DNA from: Diplonema japonicum
Taxonomy: Eukaryota; Protista; Euglenozoa: Diplonemea
NCBI GenBank assembly: GCA_964019335.1
Contig: OZ025661.1
Span: forward strand, 1 to 64,000
Direction of reading: 5' to 3'
DNA length: 64,000 nt
Shown here: positions 1 through 9,365 of the stretch, piece after piece
Layout: every line of letters starts with the position of its first letter
How positions within the stretch are numbered: position 1 is the stretch's first letter
Program-made: the position numbers and the translations under genes
The notes under the pieces: generated by a model
What the model was told of the DNA's origin: nothing
Seen by the model: the letters and a program-made list of their open reading frames with translations, nothing else
The model's database searches: none

Positions 1-2110
1 TGCGGGTTTGCGGGTTTGCGGGTTTGCGGGTTTGCGGGTTTGCGGGTTTGCGGGTTTGCGGGTTTGCGGGTTTGCGGGTTTGCGGGTTTGCGGGTTTGCG
101 GGTTTGCGGGTTTGCGGGTTTGCGGGTTTGCGGGTTTGCGGGTTTGCGGGTTTGCGGGTTTGCGGGTTTGCGGGTTTGCGGGTTTGCGGGTTTGCGGGTT
201 TGCGGGTTTGCGGGTTTGCGGGTTTGCGGGTTTGCGGGTTTGCGGGTTTGCGGGTTTGCGGGTTTGCGGGTTTGCGGGTTTGCGGGTTTGCGGGTTTGCG
301 GGTTTGCGGGTTTGCGGGTTTGCGGGTTTGCGGGTTTGCGGGTTTGCGGGTTTGCGGGTTTGCGGGTTTGCGGGTTTGCGGGTTTGCGGGTTTGCGGGTT
401 TGCGGGTTTGCGGGTTTGCGGGTTTGCGGTTTGCGGGTTTGCGGGTTTGCGGGTTTGCGGGTTTGCGGGTTTGCGGGTTTGCGGGTTTGCGGGTTTGCGG
501 GTTTGCGGGTTTGCGGGTTTGCGGGTTTGCGGGTTTGCGGGTTTGCGGGTTTGCGGGTTTGCGGGTTTGCGGGTTTGCGGGTTTGCGGGTTTGCGGGTTT
601 GCGGGTTTGCGGGTTTGCGGGTTTGCGGGTTTGCGGGTTTGCGGGTTTGCGGGTTTGCGGGTTTGCGGGTTTGCGGGTTTGCGGGTTTGCGGGTTTGCGG
701 GTTTGCGGGTTTGCGGGTTTGCGGGTTTGCGGGTTTGCGGGTTTGCGGGTTTGCGGGTTTGCGGGTTTGCGGGTTTGCGGGTTTGCGGGTTTGCGGGTTT
801 GCGGGTTTGCGGGTTTGCGGGTTTGCGGGTTTGCGGGTTTGCGGGTTTGCGGGTTTGCGGGTTTGCGGGTTTGCGGGTTTGCGGGTTTGCGGGTTTGCGG
901 GTTTGCGGGTTTGCGGGTTTGCGGGTTTGCGGGTTTGCGGGTTTGCGGTTTGCGGGTTTGCGGGTTTGCGGGTTTGCGGGTTTGCGGGTTTGCGGGTTTG
1001 CGGGTTTGCGGGTTTGCGGGTTTGCGGGTTTGCGGGTTTGCGGGTTTGCGGGTTTGCGGGTTTGCGGGTTTGCGGGTTTGCGGGTTTGCGGGTTTGCGGG
1101 TTTGCGGGTTTGCGGGTTTGCGGGTTTGCGGGTTTGCGGGTTTGCGGGTTTGCGGGTTTGCGGGTTTGCGGGTTTGCGGGTTTGCGGGTTTGCGGGTTTG
1201 CGGGTTTGCGGGTTTGCGGGTTTGCGGGTTTGCGGGTTTGCGGGTTTGCGGGTTTGCGGGTTTGCGGGTTTGCGGGTTTGCGGGTTTGCGGGTTTGCGGG
1301 TTTGCGGGTTTGCGGGTTTGCGGGTTTGCGGGTTTGCGGGTTTGCGGTTTGCGGGTTTGCGGGTTTGCGGGTTTGCGGGTTTGCGGGTTTGCGGGTTTGC
1401 GGGTTTGCGGGTTTGCGGGTTTGCGGGTTTGCGGGTTTGCGGGTTTGCGGGTTTGCGGGTTTGCGGGTTTGCGGGTTTGCGGGTTTGCGGTTTGCGGGTT
1501 TGCGGGTTTGCGGGTTTGCGGGTTTGCGGGTTTGCGGGTTTGCGGGTTTGCGGGTTTGCGGGTTTGCGGGTTTGCGGGTTTGCGGGTTTGCGGGTTTGCG
1601 GGTTTGCGGGTTTGCGGGTTTGCGGGTTTGCGGGTTTGCGGGTTTGCGGGTTGCGGGTTTGCGGGTTTGCGGGTTTGCGGGTTTGCGGGTTTGCGGGTTT
1701 GCGGGTTTGCGGGTTTGCGGGTTTGCGGGTTTGCGGGTTTGCGGGTTTGCGGGTTTGCGGGTTTGCGGGTTTGCGGGTTTGCGGGTTTGCGGGTTTGCGG
1801 GTTTGCGGGTTTGCGGGTTTGCGGGTTTGCGGGTTTGCGGGTTTGCGGGTTTGCGGGTTTGCGGGTTTGCGGGTTTGCGGGTTTGCGGGTTTGCGGGTTT
1901 GCGGGTTTGCGGGTTTGCGGGTTTGCGGGTTTGCGGGTTTGCGGGTTTGCGGGTTTGCGGGTTTGCGGGTTTGCGGGTTTGCGGGTTTGCGGGTTTGCGG
2001 GTTTGTGGGGTTTGCGGGTTTGCGGGTTTGCGGGTTTGCGGGTTTGTGGGGGTTTGCGGGGGTTTGCGGGTTTGCGGGTTTGCTGCGGGTTTGCGGGTTT
2101 GCGGGTTTGC
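1..2110. repeat. Terminal tandem array (GGGTTTGC)n, ~264 units; probable telomere with inverted polarity
   Basis: Near-perfect 8-bp repeat from base 1. Isolated 1-nt deletions occur near 428, 948, 1347, 1490 and 1651, and variant units cluster at 2000-2090 next to unique sequence. The three long + ORFs over it are artefacts. Confidence 0.95.
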
Positions 2111-3413
2111 AGGCTTTGGGGAGCATCGCCACCAGCAGCCAAGCCTCCTCTGTGTTGTCCTTCACCACTCGGCCCAGAGTGTGCTTAAGGGTAAGCCCCC
2201 ACAGTCTTTGAAGGCTCGTCGGGATCGACCCCATGGTCGTGACGTTCATGGCGGCTATGGTTTCCAGGCTGGGTAACTCGGTCCTCGTCGGGGCAGGCGG
2301 GGGGGTCGTGTATTCCCCTTCCCTTCGCACCGCCTTTTTGCACTCGTCGTGGCACCCCTGACCCTTCCACACACAGCCCCTGCACACCAGGCACCTCTCG
2401 AGGTCCAGTCTCCTCAGAACGCTCTCCGGGATCTCATCACTCTCCAGGTGCCCATCCAGGTGACACTTCCATACCCTTGTCGAGTTGAACGGGGTCGTGC
2501 TTTTGCACTTCGACCTAGCGCAGTTCGCCACCGGACAGTACAGGAATTGCTGGTTCCTTGCCCCCATCTGGTCCAACACCCCTGCCTTCCCATATCCAGG
2601 GATCGCACGGTCTATTATGTCCCACTCCCCGATGTCCTCACCCGGGGCCTCGGAGGGTTGCTTACCTGCCTTTTGTAGAGCTACCGATTGGGACTCATCA
2701 AGGAGCATCATCATCGACTCCTCCTCTCCGACTGCATACTCGTAGTGGTTGCCGTTGTACGCCAGCACCACCACCTTCTCGTGGTCGGAGTTGTACTCCC
2801 CTATCATCAGGACTGGGTTGTTCCCCCCAGCAACCACGAGTATCGTGCGGCCAAACGCTTGTGCTGCGGCTGCCAGGCACAAGTGGTCTCCCCACGTCGC
2901 TGCTGTGCCCATCCCTTCCAAGTACCGGTCCCAACCCTCACTGCAAAACGGGGCATAGTGCTCCTCCCGGTGTTTCATCCATTCTACAACCTCGCTCCTG
3001 ATGTGGGTGTGGTCGCCGTAGGCTTCCCCGAGCGAACCGGCCAGGGCGTGGAACATGCAGTTCCCGTCCTTCTCCGTCGATCTCCTCGTCAGCTTGAAGC
3101 TCTTCATGATCTCGTCCACTGACTTGCCGGCCCTGGGTTGTTTGTCGGGGTTCCACAGATTCCGCTGCCTGTGTAGTGCACAGTGCGTCTGGTTCGACGA
3201 GCACGCCGCAGCACACGTTCCACAGAGGTTCACCTTCATGCTCCTCGCCTGCTCTTGTTTCACAAAATGATGGTGGACCGCATTGAGGTGTTTAACTAGA
3301 CAGCTTGCCACACTGGTGCGGAAAGAGCAGTCTTCCATCCGGCATTGATGTTTGTCTGATCCTTCTTTTTCCCCCTCCTTCTGCGCCTCCATGTGCTCAT
3401 CATCCAAATCCAT
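2109..3413 (-). mobile_element. 5' part of a CRE/SLACS-like non-LTR retrotransposon ORF (C2H2 fingers + OTU protease), 3'-truncated by the terminal repeat
   Basis: Manual translation from ATG 3413 gives 435 stop-free codons: HQCRMEDC..KHLNAVH finger, OTU motifs DGNCMFHAL / WGDHLCL / YNGNHY, CPVANC..CHLDGH finger, then LPSLETI..SIPTSLQRLW..DNTEEAWLLVAMLPKAC, which resembles the pre-RT region of CRE-clade ORFs. The frame stays open into the repeat, so the ORF track omits it. Confidence 0.75.
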
Positions 3414-3430
3414 GGGGGGATCTCCCGGTA

Positions 3431-3762
3431 TACAGGGGCTTGGGTAAGCCTCTGCAGGGTCGGCAGGGCCGCGCCCGCCTGTAGCAAACCCCCCTGATCC
3501 TACGTTATTTTGGGTTGGGGGTCTCGCAAACCCAAACTCGCAGCGCCACCTGCAAGGCCGAGAACCCAAAGAATCCATTTTTTTAAAGCTTTTCCCAGGG
3601 CTTTGGAATTCTTCGGGGGGTGTGTGGGGGTACAGGGCTCGGGGAAGCCTCTGCAGGGTCGGCAGGGCGTGGTCATCTTTCGCATATATAGGGGTAATAT
3701 TTTCCGCATATATAGGGGTGATTTTCCGCATATAGGGGGCGATTTTCCGCATATATAGGGGT
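3431..3762. repeat. Repeat-rich putative 5' UTR of the CRE-like element
   Basis: ~39-bp imperfect direct repeat with core AAGCCTCTGCAGGGTCGGCAGGGC at 3431-3469 and 3631-3668, plus four ~21-24-bp tandem units ATTTTCCGCATATATAGGGG at ~3675-3762. Confidence 0.75.
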
Positions 3763-3764
3763 TT

Positions 3765-4200
3765 ATGTCTCCTACCGTTAGGACGTTATCGCCGTCATGC
3801 AGGTCTTCCGCGGTGAAATCCTCTGTGCGGGTGTCGTCCCCTCCGTTGAGTGGTGGGCGGTAGAGGTTCACAATGTGGATGTCCGGTCCGTTCTTCTGGC
3901 TGATTAATACGGATATCTTTTCCGTCACTCTCTTGGTGTAGGTGTCGCTCTGCCTGGCCGGGATGCCTTCTCGTACCAGGATGGCTACGCCTCCGCCTTC
4001 TATTGCCTTTCCTTTCCGTCTTGGTATTGTACGGTTCTGTTGATAGGTGTTGTACCCCTTGATTTCTATCGGTGTTTTGAGGAAAACTTCTGGAGGCACA
4101 GCACGTCTATCCGGTTTTCCTGCAGGCCGTTTATTACGAAGTCTCTGCTTGTGGTCCACCTGTTGCAGTTGAAGGTGACCACCTTTCTCCTTGCTCGCTT
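3765..4200 (-). pseudogene. Frameshifted APE-type endonuclease fragment of a non-LTR (ingi/L1-type) retrotransposon
   Basis: KVVTFNCN..IDVLCLQ, a frameshift, then GY..R..GGGVAILVR..IVNLYRPP..VGDIN (APE motifs). Cut off at the tandem repeats at ~3762. Confidence 0.8.
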
Positions 4201-5486
4201 GTTATCAAGATTGGGTTCTGCTTCGCATGTCTGTTTCGCTTTTCAATTTCTTCTCTTTTCTTCTCACGTTCCCGTCCTTTCCTCTCCTTTTCTTTGTATT
4301 CTTCAAATTCGACTCTTATGTCCTCTTCGCTGCTGTCTTCCTCTTCTCCGATAGCATGAATGGCATCCGCTAGCGCTGCATGTCGTTGAAATGAAGATGG
4401 AGTGGGTGGCAGGAAGTGGTTGTCTGACTTCGGAGTGGCTGGTGCCAATGTTTCCGATCCAATGATCTGCGCAGCGGATCTTGCACGTAAGTGCATGGTC
4501 ATGTTTAGGAGAAAACAAAACAAAAAAAAAAAGAAAGGTGGGTTTGCGCAAGCGCAGCACCACCGCTACCAAAAATTTCATTGTGGAAGCCAGGCAAGCC
4601 CAGCCCCTACCAACGTTCCAAGCGAAGTGCAATGCAAGGACCGTTGATATGTCGGCACCCTACTTGATCAGGCCAGACACCAATCAGGTATGTACCTTCC
4701 CAAGAAACAAGGAAGGCTATCTTATCAGAAATCCCAACCCAAGATCTTTGCCACAGGTTATGCACACATCCTCGATTACAACAAAGGAAACCCAAAGAAA
4801 CGTGAAATTGAACCGAGCAACTCCATTTTTGATGGGCTCACGAAGGGCAAGACTGTACTCTACACAGGATCTGTTTTTGAGTATACTCGTGTTGGAGATT
4901 ACTTACTTCGGCACAAGACCAAAGCTGAGGCCAGGCTTGTACCGCATGAGCGATGATTGCAACTTTCGTTTGCCTCCGTCCTTTTATGGTGGAGAATGTG
5001 CAACCTGGTCACTTACAGCTTGTGAAACACACACACATTGAAGATTCTTTATTTCTTCATCTTTTTTGATTCCAAAAAAATACCTCCAGACATGTCCTTT
5101 CGTACGGATTCGATATGCTCCAGGTATGCAAATAACAAAGACCACTTTTTGTCTTCACCTTTGCTTCGCACGTCACTGGTTCATTTATTATTATGAGTTC
5201 TGCTTACAGACTTGAGTGGAAAAAAGTTATTTGGTAACCATGTACGTTGTTTTTCTCTTGTTATTATTTATTATTTAGTGACTAGGTTTTAAGAGGTGAT
5301 ACCCAAAAGGGCCTGCGTGGTGACACATCTGCATGGATTATAGGAAGACAATACCGACCTCGCTCCAGCATAATCGTCAGATTATAACAGATCGTACCAT
5401 AAACCCCTCCTTTTTCTTCAGTTACTTTCTGCAGAGGGTTACTAATGCTATTTACTGCCAACAAGTAATGACTTTACTGATGACAA

Positions 5487-6201
5487 GAGCCGGGTTTGAA
5501 AGGGTGGGAGGTTACAGGGTTACAACAGGTGAAAAGTGGGATTTGGGTTACAGGGTGTCGTCGCTAAATTTCAGTTTGTGTTACTCTTTTGTCCTGCAAA
5601 CATGCAAGCTGCATATGCCTGACACACTATGTTGTAGGGGTCGCTGATTTTCATTGCCAGATACTCTTTCATTTGTTCCTGACTGAACACCGAAGCTTTT
5701 TTCACCTCATGGCCTTCTTCAAAGCGCTCCAAAAGAAGTGCAACCCTGGGAAAGCTCTGCATTTTTTTACCGAAGTTTCGTTGGATGATGGCGTTGATCT
5801 TGCTGTAACTTGCCCAAATTGCCCTTCATATCTTGGAAATACAATACTAACTCGTCTTCCATCGGGCTTTTCGATCTTGTTGTTCTGAAGTTGTAAAAGA
5901 GCAAAAGCGGTGCCACTCTGCTTCGTAAGTGCTGGTGCTTTTCATGGCAAGCTAACGTTCATGATCTTCGACGCCTCTGCCTTTGTACCCTTCGCCTTTT
6001 GCCTTCGGCTTCCTTCCCATTGTAAAAATAGGTGAAATAGGTGAAATTAGGCCCAGGAGTGGAATAATGTTACATTATTTCACGCTCGAACATTATTTCA
6101 CTCCTGGGCCTAATTCAAGGTAAACTGGGAGTGAAAATAAAGCTGGGAGTGAGATAATGTAAAATATTTTATTTTCACTCCCACCCTTGAAAACCCGGCT
6201 C
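5487..6201 (-). mobile_element. Degenerate Crypton-like (tyrosine recombinase) element with inverted repeats
   Basis: Minus-strand fragments ELVLYFQDMK / WASYSKINAIIQ..LLERFEEGHEVKKASVFSQEQMKEYL..ACMFAG resemble the Crypton YR N-terminal region. A 24-bp inverted repeat at 5487-5510 / 6178-6201 matches 22/24, and there is an internal ~27-bp inverted repeat at 6045-6071 / 6089-6115. Confidence 0.6.
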
Positions 6202-6919
6202 GAGTTATATAAATAGTTATTATTTCACGACACACTGAAGTTACTTCACCACGAGGTACATAAAGGAACAAGGGGTACAACAAGAGAGGGGAAACAAATG
6301 TTACAATACAAGTTGCCCCCCCCCCCCCCCCCCCCCCGGCGCGGCCACTCGCTCCTCCCTGGTATTTTGAAGTCTCCTACAATACAAGTTGCCCCACAAC
6401 TGAACCGAGCAAAAATTGGCCTATTACTATTGTACCGTAACACAAACCGCCAGCGTAGGCGTAATCTGCATGTCACCCTTCGATTTCAAGACCTATCGAA
6501 AGATGGATTACTGATACGGATGTCCCATCCTCTGACCAGCAGACAACCACACGTCGCGTACTCACTAATGTACAGCCTCAAGCTCCCCACCTTTCCTCCT
6601 GCAAAGCCGCACACTTCTTGTAACACCCTTGTTTACTAGTGCCCTTAATTCCGTATGAAGAAAGGATCTTTGTATTATTATCATTTGGTCGATATATCAT
6701 GTCTGACGTCTGCTCAAGTAAGATGTGCCGACTCCACATGTACTTCGTGACTTGGACTGATTTTAATATGGGTTGATTTCAAACCCCCCCAAAGCCAAAC
6801 ACGAGAGCACACCAAAGTGGCTGTCCCTGCTGTTTTTGCCCAGAAACCACAGGGAAAACGTCCGATCAGGATAGACATAACGAAGACCAAAAAGAACAAG
6901 TAGCAAAATTCCTTTGCAC

Positions 6920-7445
6920 GAAAGTACGACGCCCACCGTCAGTCCGGAGGAGGTGTGCATGATCTTCCTAGCAACTGCTTGGTAGTGGCCGTTGTTGAGA
7001 TCTGTACCTCTCCGTTGTCGTCGAGCGCCCTCCTTGGTTGTTGCTGGGGCTCGGCTGCAGCTGGAGTCTTTCTAGAGACTAGGGCCCGCTTGTCCCATGC
7101 AGACTTCTGCCTCCGGAATGTCTTTGGGGACTGGGGCTTGTCAGATTTCTTGTCGCAGACTGGTTGCCCCGTGTGGTAGTCCGTCTGTCCTTTGGTGCAG
7201 TAGCTGGCTTCGTGAGATCGCCTGCGTGGCCTGTCTTGCCCATTCAGGTTTGGGCTTGCGTGTTCTTCCGTTGCCGGGTTTGCGGGTTTACGGGCTTCGG
7301 GTTGTTCCAGTGCTGCTTGCCACGCTTGTAGGTAGCTTGTCCATGCCACGGCGCTGTGATCTCGGTCTTCTCGCTTCTCGGCAGCGTCCCCAACATTCGC
7401 AACTTCGCGGAACTGAAATGCGCGGCGGTAGCTGAACCACTCTCA
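6920..7445 (+). ncRNA. Unassigned structured RNA; candidate telomerase RNA with G-rich template
   Basis: A-poor, G+T-rich + strand with several hairpins that need G-U pairs on + (e.g. 7155-7188). Contains a perfect 15-nt match CGGGTTTGCGGGTTT to the terminal repeat at 7275-7289 and sits next to the SRP and U2 genes. Boundaries are approximate. Confidence 0.4.
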
Positions 7446-7474
7446 CCAATATGAAAAAGCAAGCAAGCAAAAAA

Positions 7475-7783
7475 GATGGGCGATGCGGTTCAGGTAGTCT
7501 GAGTGGCAGAGACACAGGCACTGCTCAGTTCTGCTATCCTGGAACTGTCCGTTGCGGGAACTAGGAGCTGCTCTGATGGCCAGCCTGGCCCGGTTCGTCC
7601 CTCTTCAAGCTCTGTGTTGACGAGTCTTGCGACAAGCCTGCACTGAGCACACCGGACTAACCAGGACAGAACATCAACACAGCACACTGCGCCTCCGATC
7701 CCCACACAGGAACGACCCAGTTCCACATCGTCGCTTGCCCCCCCAAAGCTGGGTGTTTCAGGATGCTGCCTACACATCCCGGC
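7475..7783 (-). ncRNA. SRP (7SL) RNA
   Basis: Starts GCCGGG..CCTG..CCCAGCT (Alu-domain-like). The S-domain reads GAACCGGGCCAGGCTGGCCATCAGAGCAG, matching helix 8 CAGG..AGCAG. Length ~309 nt, ending in a T6 Pol III terminator at 7469-7474. Confidence 0.85.
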
Positions 7784-7853
7784 TGATTGTCTCTATCCCT
7801 TCCAAAAGGGGGTCGGTGTTGTGCCCTCCGAAAGTGAAAAGACCACAGGGTCT

Positions 7854-7864
7854 GGATTCGAGCC
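7854..7864. promoter_or_regulatory. B-box-like element upstream of SRP RNA
   Basis: GGCTCGAATCC on the minus strand, one mismatch to GGTTCGAATCC, ~70-80 bp upstream of the SRP start. Confidence 0.35.
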
Positions 7865-7980
7865 TACCATCCAGGACTGACTTTTCCCGTGGGTTCATAT
7901 CAATATCATTTCAGCTTGTGAAGTGACACGTTCATCTCGTCTCCAGCATGTTTGAGTTGGTGGATTTTAAAAAAGAAAAG

Positions 7981-8172
7981 TAGGGTGTGCCACTCCTGGA
8001 TGTTGTGCAGCTCCAGGGCAACACCTGTGGACAGACTCAGGTTGCCCTGAGCTACCTGCCACCCCCAACGACAAATTAGTTTAATATCGCAGCACACGAG
8101 GTGCTGTATCAGATATTAAGCTGATAAGAACAGATACTACACTTGATCTTAGCCAAAAGGCCGAGAAGGTAT
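7981..8172 (-). ncRNA. U2 snRNA
   Basis: Minus strand reads ATACCTTCTCGGCCTTTTGGCTAAGATCAAGTGTAGTATCTGTTCTTATCAG, the canonical U2 5' end with GUAGUA. Also an Sm-like AATTTGT, a 3' hairpin CCTGGA..TGCAC..TCCAGG and a following T-run. Confidence 0.97.
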
Positions 8173-8339
8173 GCCCTCTCTGAACAAAGCAATACCTAAA
8201 AAACAAAAAACCCTTCCCTTTTTTTGCCCAGAGTCCATGGAGGACATTACTAATCTGCAACATGAGAACAAGAACCAACTGGAATTGAGCCCACAAGAAG
8301 ATTCAAGGGTAATCCCCCTGGGGTCTCGAGCCAAAGAGC

Positions 8340-8514
8340 GGGTGCTTCCATCCACGAAGAATTTTGACCACCACTGTTGGTGAGACCTGTCGCTTGCTTG
8401 AGGAGGGTCAAGGGGAGCATCTGCCTCATTTCGGGCCACGGGCGCTTCCAGGGTCAACGTCTGGACGCCGACCGTGTCGCGTGTCCCTTGACGGTAGGTA
8501 AGCGGTTTTATTTT
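8340..8514 (+). ncRNA. Unassigned structured small RNA, divergent from U2
   Basis: Nested stems with G-U pairs on +: 8391-8400/8495-8504, 8407-8415/8484-8492 and an inner hairpin. Followed by TTTTATTTT; Sm-like AATTTTGA at 8360-8367. Confidence 0.4.
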
Positions 8515-9018
8515 ACGACACTCTGAAATTACAGGGTGACAAGGGGTACAACAAGAGAGGAGTTACAAAGGTTACTGAAATGAGTTGGAATAAAGAAGCG
8601 AAAAAGTAAAATAAAAAAGGGGTGGAAAAGGATAAATACTGCATACGAAAACAGAGAGTCGAATAAAAAAGAATAAAGGTGACTGACATCCTCAAGAGGA
8701 GCCTCCCACGTACCAGGAATTAAGCAGAGGTTGCTTCCATGGCCCGTATCAGTCTATCGCCGGAAAGAATAATGAAAATAACAGAACGAAGTGAAAAAGG
8801 AAAAGAGAAAAGACAGCCTGGTCGCCAGGAAGTGCTGGTTCAGACGCGTCGGCGGACGCAGTTTAACGTCATACCCGGGACCGAAAACATGTGGGAAAAG
8901 GAAAAAGGAGAGGGGAATAAAAAGTTTAAAAGTGGAAAGAAATGGAACAATACAAGTTGTTTTTCCTCCTTTTGTTGACTAAGGCCGCTGTCGCTGGCAT
9001 TGCCACTGTCACCATGCC

Positions 9019-9365
9019 TTCTGTACTTTATTGAGATGCCATTTATATGGAAGCAATCTCACACAACCTGCTATGCCATAACCAAGAACACTGCAGCATT
9101 GAGACGGGTGGATGGGGATGTTACGATACAAGAGGCGGTATGGCCCAATGTCCACCCGAGATGTGTGCTGAGAAGTGCTTCGGGCGGTACTGCTGCGGGT
9201 GGTGACCTTCTGGGTGGTGTAAGAGATTACAGCATGGTAGAGTCGGACAGCGAGTCCTTCGATTGGGCAGGTCTCGCAATTATCTTCGTGACCGTGATCT
9301 TACTATGCTGTCTTGCAGCCAGTATTCAGTATGCAGAGGTTGTTTCCATAAGCTCCGTAAGCTGA
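9019..9365 (+). pseudogene. Probable processed retrocopy of a trans-spliced mRNA (SL remnant + short ORF with TM segment)
   Basis: TTCTGTACTTTATTG (9019-9033) is the 3' end of the euglenozoan spliced leader. An in-frame ATG follows at 9036; no SL-intron GT follows the remnant. Confidence 0.65.

Noticed and set aside
8-2276. Three 726-750 aa + strand ORFs (RVCGFAGL)n
   Set aside because: By-product of a stop-free 8-bp repeat.
3675-3762. Short repeats as a CRISPR array
   Set aside because: No spacers, no cas genes and a eukaryotic context.
4481-5041. + strand ORFs after an A-tract, with a 9-nt GGGTTTGCG match near 4540
   Set aside because: No recognisable domain, and the match is too short to be significant.
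5511-5556. TTACAGGG units as relics of an older telomere motif
   Set aside because: Only 2-3 scattered copies, not an array.
6939-7349. 136-aa minus ORF over the candidate TR
   Set aside because: No recognisable domain. An A-poor + strand yields few minus-strand stops, so an open frame is expected.
8494-8503. CTTACCT on minus resembling the U1 5' end
   Set aside because: No U1 loop I/II motifs follow, and the pairing pattern favours the + strand.
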